DNA of 64,000 nt. It comes from Eledone cirrhosa (taxonomy: Eukaryota). Both the position numbers and the translations under genes were made by a program. The notes below the pieces were generated by a model. That model did no database searches and had not been told where the DNA came from. It was given only the letters and a program-made list of their open reading frames with translations. The stretch spans positions 16,926,001-16,990,000 of the forward strand of contig OZ024752.1 of the NCBI GenBank assembly GCA_964016885.1, in the 5' to 3' direction. Shown piece after piece: positions 1 to 12,991 of the stretch (positions within the stretch are counted from its first letter, which is position 1; each line of letters opens with the position of its first letter).

Positions 1-2176
1 GTGGTCACATTAGTCAGGAAGGACGAGAATAAGTGGGATGACATAGGCAACTTCCGGCCCATAACTCTGCTAAACACAGAGTTACAGATTTTGGCCAAGG
101 TGTTAGCAAAGAGGCTGGCGCTTGTCGTCGAGAACCTGGTGGGAGAAGCGCAGACATGCGCAATCCCGACCAGGTCCATACACGACAACCTCCACCTCAT
201 GCGATACATCATAGAGAGGGTAGGGTGTAAACCCGGCTTCGGTGGGGCCCTGATCAATTTGGATCAGTCTAAGGCTTTCGATAGGGTTGACCATCGTTAC
301 CTGGATACGGTGATCGAGGCGGCAGGCTTCGGACCCGTGTTCAGGGGCTGGATTGCTGCAATGCACAACAGCAACATCTGCTCAAGGGTCAAGGTGAACG
401 GCTACCTCTCGGAGCCGTTCCATATTACGCGATCCATTTGACAGGGATGCCCTCTCTCCTCCCTTCTGTACGTACTGACTCTCGAGCAACTTCTGCGGAA
501 GTTGGAGCTATTGCAGGGCATCCCTCTGGAACCGGGACTGCGGAAAGCGGCGTCGGCCTACGCCGACGACGTGACAGTAATGGTGTCGAGCGCCTCGCAT
601 ATCGAGGAAGTCGGCACCTAACTGAAAGAATACGAAAGTTTCACAGGAGCGAAGCTGAACCGGGACAAGTCCATCGGTTTGCAACTCGGATCGTGGAGAG
701 GCAAACCGATGCCTTCCGATGGCGTCGTCGGACGCTGGACGGAAGGACCGGTAAAGCTGCTCGGCGTCTGGTTTGGTCCGGACCTCCAGGTGGAGAAGAA
801 CTGGAACGAAGTGACGGACAAGGTGTTTGCACTCACCCAGAAGTGGGCCGAGTGCAAACTATCTTTGAAAGGTCGAGCGGAGGTGGGGAACACTTTTATA
901 GCGTCCGCTATCTACTACCGCTTGACCGTCGTGCCTTGTCCAGCCAAAACGCTTGCCAAAATGGAGCGCGCGCTCTTCCAATTCCTTTGGAAGAGGCGGG
1001 CTCCTTTGGTGAGAAGATCCATCTGCTGCCAACACCCTTCTAACGGAGGGCTGGGAATGCCGTGGTTGACGATGCACAAACACGCGCTCAGGCTGCGGCA
1101 TCTCTACGTATTCCTCACCGGACAACCGGTGTGGGCCCCGTTCGTGAGGCGATCCTTCTCACGACTCGTCTCGCTGACCGAGCTGCAGTCCTGGGTCAAG
1201 CAAAGACCAAGGAAAATGGGCGACTGGCACATCGAATGTGCTCAGGCGCTCACAGCCCTCTGGCAGGCGGACCCGGCGATCAGTGGAGACTCCACTTCGT
1301 CATTCTATAGAGGGTTGATCCGCAGCAAGTGCGACGACGCGCTCGGTGAAACTCTAGGCGTAGAGGAAGATGAACTGGCCAGTCTGTTCGGTAGGACCTT
1401 CCGCCCGGGACCGATGGACAACTTCCAAAAGTCCCTGGCCTCGCAGTGCTACCGAGGAGCTCTACCAGTTCGAGCAAGCTCTACAGACATGGGCGCCCGG
1501 GCAGGGACCCTGCAAAAAAGATCTGTCCGAGGTGCGTGCGTAACGAAGAAACCGTCGCGCACGCATTCATACACTGCCCGGGCGTCACTGACCTGTGGGG
1601 CTATGTAGAACGACTATTGTCGCGGGTGGGACCAATCCGGTTGACCACCGAGTCCATTGTCATGATCAAACCGCCACCCTCCTTCAAAAACGAAGGAGAG
1701 GCGGTTTTCCTTTGTGTGATAGCTATGGCGAAAGAGGTTGTATGGTGGACAAGGTTGAAAGGGCTGAGGTCAGACACCTTTCTCTCCGGCCAACAACTGA
1801 TTCTTTTTTCAAATACCACTTTGGAAAAGAATCAGGATGGAGAGAGAGGTGCTGTACCCCAGCAAGTTTTATGAAAGGTGGGTGAAAGTGGCGAGAATGG
1901 CCCGAGTGAATGGACCTTCTCTCTATATCAGCCTGTAGGTTGAGGAAAAGGAGGAGGAGAGGAAAGGAGTACAAACTCTTCGTTCTCCTGGAGATGAGGG
2001 TTTCACATTTTTTCGGGGGTATGTGTTACCCATATAAACTGTCTCCCCTATTGGGGAAAATCGACTAATTTTTTAAATTGCATTTGTGATAAAATTTTAC
2101 ACGTTTTTATTGTATGTAAACTTCCTCCTTTGTATTTGTCTCCTTCCTTTGTGCCCCTGTGGCTAATAAAGAAACA
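1..2176 (+). mobile_element. Tx1/L1-clade LINE copy 1: 3' part of ORF2 (RT + C-terminal CCHC) and 3' UTR, disrupted
   Basis: RT motifs NFRPITLLN, LDQSKAFDRV and GCPLS; AYADD seen in the DNA; CPRC..ETVAHAFIHC. TGA at 438-440 where the sister copy has an Arg codon, plus frameshifts. The 3' UTR ends in AATAAA followed by (TATC)n. Confidence 0.93.
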
Positions 2177-2193
2177 TATCTATCTATCTATCA

Positions 2194-2271
<78 letters not shown>
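2177..2271. repeat. (TATC)n microsatellite between Tx1 copies
   Basis: Seen directly. Confidence 0.97.
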
Positions 2272-2272
<1 letters not shown>

Positions 2273-3108
2273 ACACGCTCGGAGAAACTCTAAGCGTAGA
2301 GGAGGACGAACTGGCCAGTCTGTTCGGTAGGACCTTCCGCCCGGGACCAATGGACAACTTCCAAAAGTCCCTGGCCTGGCAGTGCTACCGAGGAGCTCTA
2401 CCAGTTCGAGATAAGCTCTACAGATACGGGCGCCCGGGCAGGGAACCTTCGAAAAAGATCTGTCCGAGATGCGTGCGCGACGAGGAAACCGTCGCACACG
2501 CATTCGTACACTGCCCGGGCGTTACCGACCTGTGGGGCTATGTAGAACGACTATTGTCGCGGGTGGGACCAATCCAGTTGACCACCGAGTCCATTGTCAT
2601 GATCAAACCGCCACCCTCCTTCAAAAACGAGGGAGAGGCGGTTTTCCTATGTGTTATGGCTATGGTGAAAGAGGTTATATGGTGGACGAGGTTAAAAGGG
2701 CTGAGGTCAGACACCTTTATCTCCGGCGAGCAACTGATTCGTTTTTTCAAATATCATTTTGGAAGAAGAATCAGGATGGAGAGAGAGGTGCTATACCCCA
2801 GCAAATTTTATAAAAGGTGGGTGAATGTGGCAAAGATGTCCCGAGTGGTTGGGCCTTCTCTCTATATAAGCCTGTAGGTTGAGGAAAAAGAGGAAGAGAG
2901 GAAGGGAGTACTCACTCTTGGTGCTCCTGGAGGTGAGGGTTGTACATTTTTTCGGGGTGTGTACAACCCCTGTGTAACGCCTCCCTCTATTAGGGATTTC
3001 AATTGTTATTTGTTATTTTATTAATAGTTTTATTTTCATATACCTGTATGTAAACTCCCCATTTGTATTTGTCCCCTTCTTTTGTGCCCTTGTGGCTAAT
3101 AAAGAAAT
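2272..3108 (+). mobile_element. Tx1-like LINE copy 2, 5'-truncated (ORF2 C-terminus 2350-2877 + 3' UTR)
   Basis: Closely similar to 1340-2176; flanked by (TATC)n on both sides. Confidence 0.93.
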
Positions 3109-3338
3109 TTATCTATCTATCTATCTATCTATCTTGATAGAGTAAGACACGCTTCACATCGGCTCCACTATTCCATCGGGATTTACCCTTACTATTGTAA
3201 GTACCGGATAAATTTTTCAGTGCAACACATTTGGAACACTAACCCCTGTTATTTAGGGAAACATTTTTGCATTTATCCCCTTTTTAGGGGGTAAAATAAA
3301 TATCTATTTTTTTGCCGAAAAATTTCTTTCTTGGCAGC

Positions 3339-5182
3339 ATGGCGGAAAAGATGGCAGACATGTCTGCCATTAGCTCTGCCACGCCCCCCAAGTCTGAAGA
3401 ACAAAAAATAATTACAACAAAATTAGACAACGAAACAAACAAGGAAAATGAAAAAACAAATGTTAAGGAAAATGAGCAAACGGAAAACAAACAAACAGAA
3501 AATAATATAAATAACAACAGGGCAACTTTCGCCCAGAAAACAAAACAATCCATTACATACACACCAATTGACTTAACTGCCGCCAGAGAAAAACTGGCCG
3601 AAGCGAAAAAACAAATAGTCTTGGGGGAGAACGGAATGTTTTCCATTAACTCCCCCCCCCCCCAGAATTCAAGAAAGCCAGAACAGAGAGCACAGTTCTC
3701 TTCAGAACTATACTGAACCAGACAAGAAAGCCAGCACGGCCCAGCCAAATGGAAATAGAGTTGGTCCTAAAAGACTATATGAAGAATATTCTCTTCATAC
3801 GAAAGGAACGACTCTATGGCAGCATTTCGGTCCTAACAAAAGACAAGGAAACGGCGGAGAAGCTTTCCCTAAGCCCACTCTCATCGACAACATACAGCTT
3901 CTATCCCTCCTACATGGGTAGAAGAACACAGAGAGTAAAAGTAAAAACAATGCTGCCCACAATGGACTTCTGGTGGGCTATTGATGGCTTCATAGACATG
4001 GGCGAAGACACAATGCTGTCAATGGGGAAGGCAACTGGAGATGCGTTCCTGGGAATGGGCCTCGACATACTAGTCCAAATGAGGCCCGAAAGAATAGCAC
4101 AAATCCCGGATCGCATCTGGCTGGATGACCTTACCCCAATAGACATAATTGTAGAGGGGAGAAGACCAGCATGCTATTTATGCATGGAAAGGGGACACGT
4201 TAAGGCTAACTGCCCGAAACGTATCCCCCAAAAAGGACTATTGCCCATACCCACCACAAACAGTACACCAACACCACCCACCTCCAAAAATACACTAATA
4301 CCACACACAGCAAACAAAATACAGACACCACCAACCACAAACACAACACAAACATCACCACCACCAGCACCAAACACAAGCACGACACAAAAATCACCAC
4401 CACCAACCACAACACAAACATCACCATCACCAACCATAAGCACGACACAAACATTACCACCACCACCACCACCACAAAACCCATTCCAAACAAATAATAA
4501 AAAAAACAGTAACAAATCTACCCCTCCCGCAAAAAAAAAAACAACCACACAATACGTCCCCCCCACCTAGCGCTGAAGAGTTTCCCCCAACTTCTGAAGA
4601 AGAAGGAGGAGAAGCCTTCAGACAAGTTAAAAGAAAAAAAAGAAAACACACACTCAGCACACCACAAAAACCCACACACAAACACCAACTCCAATCAAAA
4701 ACACCCCACCCTCATCAAACAAAAATAAATCTGCGCCTCCCCTCTCCGAAACATTGACAGCATCACAAAAAAAGACGTTGCAATACACATATATAAATAA
4801 AGAAAACAAAAAACTGGTTAAATTAATAAACAATACCCCTATGGTGCAGACCGAAGGGCCAAACTTTATCTCAACAGAGAACTTCACCCATTTAAAAATG
4901 ATAAAGGTCCCTCTGGACCTTTATCGTTCCTTAAAAGAACAATTTAGACGGGACGTGAGCCCCCCCCCCCCCTGTTTAAAACCGTTAAATCGCGTCCTCT
5001 TGAAAGATTTCCCCATAACCGCCCCTCTCCCTGACACAACTCCAAATACCCCAACCCCACCACACACGGATACCCCCACACCACCACAAAACATCCCTCC
5101 ACCCAACACACCTGATGCCATGGAAATTACACAACCCGGAGAGGTAGGTGCTTTTCTTTCTTCACTTTCAACACCAAAATAG
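3339..5182 (+). pseudogene. Tx1 ORF1 (gag-like, CCHC knuckle, Pro/Thr-rich tail), interrupted
   Basis: IIVEGRRPACYLCMERGHVKANCP zinc knuckle; frame breaks near a poly-C run (~3651) and a poly-A run (~4531). Confidence 0.8.
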
Positions 5183-8100
5183 ATCAATTGAGAGTTGGCT
5201 GTTTGAACGCGCGTGGCCTGGGCTCAGCTTGGAAGCAAGCAAAGCTTCTAAATGACCTCAGGTCACAAAGTATAGATGTGATGGTTGTTTGCGAGAGTCG
5301 GATAAGCAGCGTGAGACAGCTGGCGCCCGCCTTCGATGACTTTGAGATGCACGCATCTCTCTGTCAACCCGGAGGCGGGGGGGGGGGGAGTTGCCGTACT
5401 GCTGGATAAACGTCTGGCTCTTGACGTACAGATTGTTCATTCGGACCCGGGGGGTCGATTACTGGTGCTGGACGTCGGAGGCGGTGAAGGCGGGGCTTTC
5501 AGACTGGTCGGTCTTTATGCCTCCTTCGGGGCTGAAAGAGCCGACTTCTTCCAGCGTCTGGAGACTTTTCTAGGAACGTCGCGTTCCCTGCTTTTAGTGG
5601 GGGACTGGAATGGAATCCTAGATGCGCGTTGGGACTATGCAGGGGCATGTCCCGATAGAGGGGGGTGTAGCAGCCTCAAGGGGTTACTCGATCGATTCGA
5701 CCTGGTCGATAGATTTCGACTAGATTGTCCAACTGCGCCAACCTGGACCTGGGCAAACCGCAGTGGACAATCTAGATCGTACCTAGATAGGTTTTTGGTT
5801 AGGAGTAAGGATAGGGACGTATTTAGTTGTCCAGAATTGATCATGGTTGGCTATTCAGATCACAAATTAGTGACCTGCGTGGTCAACCTTGATAGAACGC
5901 ATAGACAGGGTCCCGGTTACTGGAAGATGAACTTGTCCTTGCCGGCAAAGAAAGATTACAGGAACCGGATTAGTAGCTTAGTTAAGATGCGGTTGACGGG
6001 AGCGATCGTCAACAGTAGGTGGTGGGTATCTCTAAAGAGAGAGATTAGAGTAAGTTCGATAGGTTACAGTAAGGAACTAGCGGCGAATAGAAATAGGAAG
6101 GAAAGGGAGTTAACAGATAAACTAGAAGAGGCGATTAGGAGCGGAGACGTAGCCAGAGTGTTAGCGGCGAGAACGGCGTTGAGCCAGTTCTTTGACGCGA
6201 AGCACGAAGGCTGCGTTGTCCGAAGTAAAATACGTGCTTTAGGAAACGAGGGGACCAAAGCTGTTAGCTGGGCCCGCGTGACAGAAGCCAAGAGTGGGAT
6301 TAAATCCACCATTCGGTCTTTGCGAGACCAGGATGGACGGGTGATCCTTGAACCTGAGCGGATGTGCGAGGCCTTTCAAAGGCACTTTGCTCGACTGTTC
6401 GGAGGGGCGGGGGGCCGGACGGGGATGTGGACTTCGGTCCATACCTCGACGGTCTACCGCGTCTTTCGAGCGGCGAAGCGGAGTGCTACGAAAGGCCAAT
6501 CACAGCCACTGAAATCGGGGAAGCGCTCAGCCAATGCAGCAGACGCAAATCCCCGGGTCTCGATGGTCTACCATACGAATTTTATTTAGCTATGCCGGTC
6601 TTGTTCTCCGAACTCCTCGAGGCTGTCTATTGCAACTGGCAACAGAACGGGAGAATTCCCTGTTCTGTGACCAAGGGCGTGGTCACGCTAGTGAGGAAGG
6701 ACGAGAGCAAGGGGGACGACTTAAGTAACTTTAGGCCCATAACTCTGCTGAATGCAGAGTTACAGATTTTGGCCAAGGTATTGGCGAAGAGGTTGGCGCT
6801 TGTGGTGGGTGGTTTGGTGGGAGACGCGCAGACATGCGCTATCCCGTCCAGGTCCATTCACGACAACCTCCACCTCATGCGATACATCATAGAGAGGGTT
6901 GGCAACGAACCCGGCTTTGGTGGGGCCCTGATCAACTTGGATCAATCTAAGGCGTTCTATAGGGTCGACCATGGTTACCTGGATGCGGTGCTAGCGGCGG
7001 CGGGCTTCGGACCCGTTTTCAGGGGCTGGATTTCTGCCATGCACAGTGGCAACATCTACTCTAGGATTAAAGTAAACGGCTACCTCTCGGAGCCGTTTCA
7101 AATCACCCGGTCCATCAGACAGGGGTGCCCCCTCTCCTCCCTTCTGTACGTATTGACTCTCGAGCCACTGCTGCGGAAGTTGGAGTTGCTGCGGGGCATA
7201 CCCCTGGAACCGGGATTGCACAAAGCGGTCTCGGCCTATGCCGACGACGTAACAGTAATGGTGGCGGACGCCTCGGAAATCGGGGCGATCGCCACCCTAC
7301 TGGAGGAATACGAAAGGCTGACGGGGGCTAGGCTGAACCAGGACAAGTCAGTCGGTTTGCAACTCGGAACGTGGAGGGGCAAACCGATGCCGTTAGACGG
7401 TGTCGTCGGGCGGTGGACGGAGGGCCCGGTGAAGCTGCTCGGGGTCTGGTTCGGACCGGACCTCCAGGTGGAGAAGAATTGGGGCGAGGTGACGAGCAGG
7501 GTGTTTGCGCTGACCCAGAAGTGGGCCAAGTGCAAACTATCACTGAAAGGTCGGGCGGAGGTGACGAACGCTTACATAGCGTCCGTCATCTACTACCGCC
7601 TGACCGTCGTGCCTTGCCCCAAGGAAAAGCTCACCATCATGGAACGCATGCTCTTCCAGTTCCTCTGGAAGAAGCGGCCTCCCATGGTGAGGAGATCCAT
7701 CTGCTGCCAGCACCCTTCGAAAGGAGGGCTGGGTACGCCGTGGCTGTTGATGCGTAGGCACGCATTGAGGCTACGGCATCTACAGGTATTCCTCAACGGT
7801 CAGCCGGTGTGGGCCCCGTTTGTGAGGCGAGCCTTCCCACAACTCGTCTCGCTCACCGAACTGCAATCCTGGGTGAAGCAAAGAGCGAGAAAACTGGGCA
7901 ACTGGCACACCGAGTGTGCCCAGGCGCTCACGGCTATCTGGCAAGCGGACCCGACTATCAGTGGAGAATCCACCTCGACATTCTATAGAGGGTTGGTGGC
8001 TAGCAAGGGCGACGACACCCTTGGAGAGTTGCTAGGCATGGAGGAGGACGAACTGGCCAGCCTGTTCGGTAGAACTTTCGGCCCAGGACCCATGGACAAC

Positions 8101-8619
8101 TTCCAGAGGTCCCTAGCCTGGCAGTGTTACCGGGGGGCTCTGCCCGTTTGAGAAAAGCTCTACAGACACGGGCGCCCGGGCAGGGATCCCGCGAAAAAGA
8201 TCTGTCCCAGATGCGTGCGCGACGAGGAAACCATTGCGCATGCACTGGTACACTGCCCGGGCGTTGCCGATCTGTGGGGCTACGTCGAACGACTGCTGTC
8301 GCGTGTGGCGCCGATTCGATTAACCGCCGAGTCTGTGGTGAACATCAAGCCGCCTCCTCCCTTCAAAAATGAAGCAGAGGCGGTCTTTCTGTGCGTAATA
8401 GCCATGATGAAAGAGGTTGTGTGGTGGACGCGCCTGAAAGGTCTGAGGTCGGGTGACTTTCTCTCCGGCCATCAGCTGGTTTACTTCTTCCGATACCACT
8501 TCGGAAGAAGGATCAGGATGGAGAGAGAAGTGCTTGGCCCCAGACAGTTTTATGAAAGGTGGGTGAAAGAAGCGAGAATGGCCCGTGTAAATGGGCCTTC
8601 TCTCTACATTGTTCTGTAG
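5179..8619 (+). pseudogene. Tx1 ORF2 (AP endonuclease + RT + CCHC), 2 frameshifts and 1 stop
   Basis: GCLNARGL, GDWN, SYLDRF, YSDHK, GPGYWKMN, KSPGLDG, RQGCPLS, AYADD. Shifts fall in G-runs at ~5380 and ~6410; TGA at 8149 corresponds to CGA in copies 1 and 2. Confidence 0.92.
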
Positions 8620-8850
8620 GTAAAGAAGTGAAGAGGAAAAGGGGAGCGCCTCCTCTCTGGGCTTCCCCCGCGAAAAGAGTTGCACACTTTTCGGGGGTAT
8701 GTGCAATCCCCAACACGCACCCTCCCTTTTGAGGACTTTTTATTATTATATTATTATTGTTATTCCTTTTTCTTTACTCGATTTATGTAAACTCCCCCAC
8801 TGTGTATTTGTCCCCTTCTTTTGTGCCCTCGTGGCAAATAAATAGAAATG

Positions 8851-8903
<53 letters not shown>

Positions 8904-8905
<2 letters not shown>

Positions 8906-10450
8906 GTGCGCGCGCACACACACACATATATATATAAATATACATATATATATGTACATACACACACATATATACACATATATATACACACATATACACA
9001 TATACACACACATCTATGCACATACATATACATACAAATACACATACATACACACATAAAAACAGATATATATATGCACATTCTTCAATAAACCAATATA
9101 TCGTTTCTTCCTTCTCAATGTAAACACATGAATATAAACAAAAACATACGTATATATATACAATCTAACTGATACACACATCCATACATAAACCCATACA
9201 CACACAGATAACCTAACCTATATACACTCACATACACATATAATATATCCATATATATATATATATTAAATATATATAAATATATAAATATATATAAATA
9301 TATTTATATATATTTATATATATATTTATATATATATTTATATATATTTATTTATACATTTTACTTCCCAATTTTCTTTACTACCCGATTAAACAGTTCA
9401 CTTGCGTTTTCCACTCCAGATATTTTCTGTTATTTCGCAGCCAATTTTATATTTTTATATTTGTACTCACTTATTCATAAGTATCTATGTGTCTGAGCGT
9501 CTTTATGTGTGTATACTTTCTGTATATGTACACGAACGCCTTCGAATGTGCGCGCGCGTGCGTGTATATATATATATGTGTATGTATGTGTGTTTTTATA
9601 TCTGTGTTTTTACATCTATGGTTATTTTTACATTCTTATTTTTATGTGCGTGCGTGTAAGCGGGTCAATGTGCGTTAGTGTATGTATGTATGTGTGTGTG
9701 TATGTGCTGCATGTATGGATGTGTATGTGCGCGTATGTATATATATATATTTATATATATATATATATGTGTATGCAGTCGCGTACGTACGTGTGATTAG
9801 ATATACATGGGGCGATATGTATGTATATATATATGTGCATCCTATGTGTGTATATACGCTTGCATACGCTTTTGTCTGCACGTATTGCGTGTATATATAT
9901 ATATTTTTTATAGATATATGTTTCTTATAGATATATGTGTATGTACGCGTGTACCTTCTTTGTTTTGTTTTCTTTTCTTTTCTCTGCTCTAGTGTTATTT
10001 GACTACTTTCTCTTTCATCTAAAAATTTTTTCTTTCTAAATTATTGTTCCATTTTTATAAATATATCGAGAATGACACTTTCTTTTAACTATTACACTCC
10101 CTTACCTCTTTTCCTTCCGCATATAAGTGTACGCGCGTGTGTGTGTGTTTATACGCGTGCCTTCATATTCTTATAATGTATCTAATACCCTGCTTTCAGT
10201 ATACGTGTCAACCAGACACTCATATTATATCTGTATTTGTGGTTACATATACACAGATATACTTGCCCTTATACATATATTTACGTACACTTTTTCACTA
10301 TGCACACGCATTTGTACATACATACATATGTACATCTGTGGATGTATATACATACATATACACACACCTAACTATATTTCCTTAAACATTTTTTTATATA
10401 TTTTATATGTCTATTGCATTACCTTTATTTATATATATATATATTTTTTT
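8904..10450. repeat. Degenerate (CA/TA)n low-complexity tract
   Basis: Seen directly; the ORFs here are repeat artefacts. Confidence 0.8.
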
Positions 10451-10494
10451 ACATTTCTTGAGGAGACTTTCCAAATATTTCACTATGTTTTATA

Positions 10495-10570
10495 TTGCCT
10501 CGTCCGACGAACGAATGAAGACGTTTCTTTCGTATTCGTCTTATTCGGGAAACCTCTGGTAATGAGGTAA
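10495..10570 (+). ncRNA. Type I hammerhead ribozyme motif, C4 core variant
   Basis: Stem I TTGCCTCGT/ATGAGGTAA, core CCGACGA, long stem II CGAAT-GAAGACG/CGTCTT-ATTCG, GAAA, stem III ACC-TCT-GGT, site GUA. Confidence 0.75.
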
Positions 10571-10870
10571 TTATATTGTATTGTTTTTTATACATTAAAT
10601 TTTGCTCTGGTACTTACACTTCAATTTTCAACGGAAACTTCAATACTTATATATATATATATATATAGTATTAGTTATACTATTTATGGTTATGTAAACA
10701 CAAAACCTTAAGCAGTTGTAAGTATTTTACACACACCCTAAATAGTGGTAGGCAGTAATGTATTACTACCTTATTACCAGTAAGTTAAGTAGCTCAATGT
10801 AAAAACATCAGATGATTTACAGAGCAGTTATATGAAATATAAGAATCAAAGAACTGTTCAAAACATTATT

Positions 10871-10919
10871 GTGCTTACAGCTGTTTCCTCCAAACCGAGG
10901 TTTGGATTCTTCGGAGCAA
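10871..10919 (-). ncRNA. Hammerhead motif (CCGAAGA core, palindromic stem III)
   Basis: Reverse complement of 11648-11696. Confidence 0.7.
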
Positions 10920-11647
10920 TTTATTAATGCATGGACAGTTATATGACCTCCTTTTCAGCCGAGAGACATACCAAATACATATTCAAACATTGATACATAT
11001 TCAAACATTGTGGGTCAACATTCATTACAGAATTTAGAGTGGCAGTACACACTTCGAGATTACATTTATATTACAATCAAAAATCAAAGATATAGGTTAA
11101 AGTACAACATGAAGATAAGTGGTTATATAGTGCAAATGTTATATGTGTGGCACGCATGTGCGTCTTGTTTATATAGTGTGGCAGAGAGATATGTGTGGTA
11201 GAGGCACTTAGGTAGGTAAATAAGAGTGTTAGGTTGGTAGGTCTGGTGGCAAAGTCTTTATATGATTGATATAGTCTGTGTGTGGAGAAAGACTATATCA
11301 ATCATATAAAGACTTTGCCACCAGACCTACCAACCTAACACTCTTATTTACCTACCTAAGTGCCTCTACCACACATATCTCTCTGCCACACTATATAAAC
11401 AAGACGCACATGCGTGCCACACATATAACATTTGCACTATATAACCACTTATCTTCATGTTGTACTTTAACCTATATCTTTGATTTTTGATTGTAATATA
11501 AATGTAATCTCGAAGTGTGTACTGCCACTCTAAATTCTGTAATGAATGTTGACCCACAATGTTTGAATATGTATCAATGTTTGAATATGTATTTGGTATG
11601 TCTCTCGGCTGAAAAGGAGGTCATATAACTGTCCATGCATTAATAAA

Positions 11648-11696
11648 TTGCTCCGAAGAATCCAAACCTCGGTTTGGAGGAAACAGCTGTAAGCAC
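11648..11696 (+). ncRNA. Hammerhead motif (CCGAAGA core, palindromic stem III)
   Basis: TGCT-CCGAAGA-ATCCAAACCTCGGTTTGGAG-GAAA-CAGCTG-TA-AGCA. Confidence 0.72.
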
Positions 11697-11744
11697 AATA
11701 ATGTTTTGAACAGTTCTTTGATTCTTATATTTCATATATTTCAT

Positions 11745-11844
<100 letters not shown>

Positions 11845-12006
11845 ATATAAAGAAATACACAGATACATGCGGACACATATACATATACATGAATATATCC
11901 ACATATATCCCTGAATTTGTGGTGCCAACCTCAACCGTTGTTGCTCTATGAATAACTGGGACAAAATAATCCGAATGGATTAGATTGATTCAGTATCAGA
12001 GCTATG

Positions 12007-12452
12007 TAATACATTATAAAGAAAGAAGAAACATTCGATATAATTAATAAGATATACCATACCCAAATTCCTTTATTAGTCCTCGACTACGTAGTTGCGT
12101 GGCATATTATGCAAAAACACTACATCACAGAGATACAGTATTTTTGTGAGGTTTGCCGACTTTTTCTTGGTTGTAAGAGGCTTAGCTCTGTTTCTTCACC
12201 ACTGTATCACGTGATTGACCCCCCTCCGCCCTTTCGGGATTCTATCTCGCGCCCTACGGATGTGTTTTGAAACTCTAAATAAGGTATCCTCTTGATAAGT
12301 CGGCAAACCTCACAAAAATACTGTATCTCTGTGATGTAGTGTTTTTGCATAATATGCCACGAAACTACGTAGTCGAGGACTAGTAAAGGAATTTGGGTAT
12401 GGTATATCTTATTAATTATATCTAATGTTTCTTCTTTCTTTATAATGTATTA
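12007..12452. mobile_element. Foldback element (arms 12007-12162 / 12297-12452) with HHR, ending in (TA)n
   Basis: ~155-bp inverted repeat; the HHR spans the right arm. Confidence 0.8.
12287..12379 (+). ncRNA. Hammerhead motif, U3-A8 core variant, extended stem II
   Basis: TCCTC-TTGATAA-GTCGGCA...TGCCAC-GAAA-CTACGTAG-TC-GAGGA. Confidence 0.7.
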
Positions 12453-12488
12453 TATATATATATATATATATATATGTATAAATATATG

Positions 12489-12581
<93 letters not shown>

Positions 12582-12728
12582 TATTTTCCGTTGTGTTGTG
12601 ATATAAATATTACACACAGTAGATTGACAGCTCACGTAGAGTTTGCTCGACGGTTCCAGTTGAAATTCCAAAAGTAATCCGGAGAAAAATAGAAAGATTT
12701 GAATGGATACAGTTTAGTTGAAAGGAAT

Positions 12729-12849
12729 TTATTGACACGTGTTTCTATAACAGTTACATAACCTGAAAACAGCTGCTATCTACAAAGTATTAGTTATGCA
12801 GACAATCAGTATTTCAATGTTATTATTTACTGTCATTTCATCAGAATAA
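12729..12849 (-). ncRNA. Hammerhead motif (mirror of 12871-12991)
   Basis: Left arm of the palindrome. Confidence 0.68.
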
Positions 12850-12870
12850 TATTACTGAGGACCAGTAATA

Positions 12871-12991
12871 TTATTCTGATGAAATGACAGTAAATAATAA
12901 CATTGAAATACTGATTGTCTGCATAACTAATACTTTGTAGATAGCAGCTGTTTTCAGGTTATGTAACTGCTATAGAAACACGTGTCAATAA
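12871..12991 (+). ncRNA. Hammerhead motif, canonical core, ~90-nt stem II region
   Basis: TTATT-CTGATGA-AATGACAG...CTGCTATA-GAAA-CACGTG-TC-AATAA. Confidence 0.7.

Larger units (their letters stand above)
3134..8830 (+). mobile_element. Full-length Tx1-like LINE copy 3 (ORF1 + APE-RT ORF2)
   Basis: Starts right after TATC repeats (3109-3133) and ends with AATAAA then (TATC)n at 8831-8903; two-ORF layout. Confidence 0.93.
10667..11738. mobile_element. Non-coding PLE-derived foldback element (arms 10829-11277 / 11290-11738), related to the pLTR of the PLE at 15589-19490
   Basis: ~450-bp near-perfect inverted repeat in (TA)n; 10667-10950 is homologous to 15589-15900; HHR in each arm. Confidence 0.85.

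Noticed and set aside
11010-11557. Identical 63-aa ORFs on opposite strands (likewise the 110-aa pair at 21417/24018)
   Set aside because: A by-product of the inverted repeats; no protein motifs.
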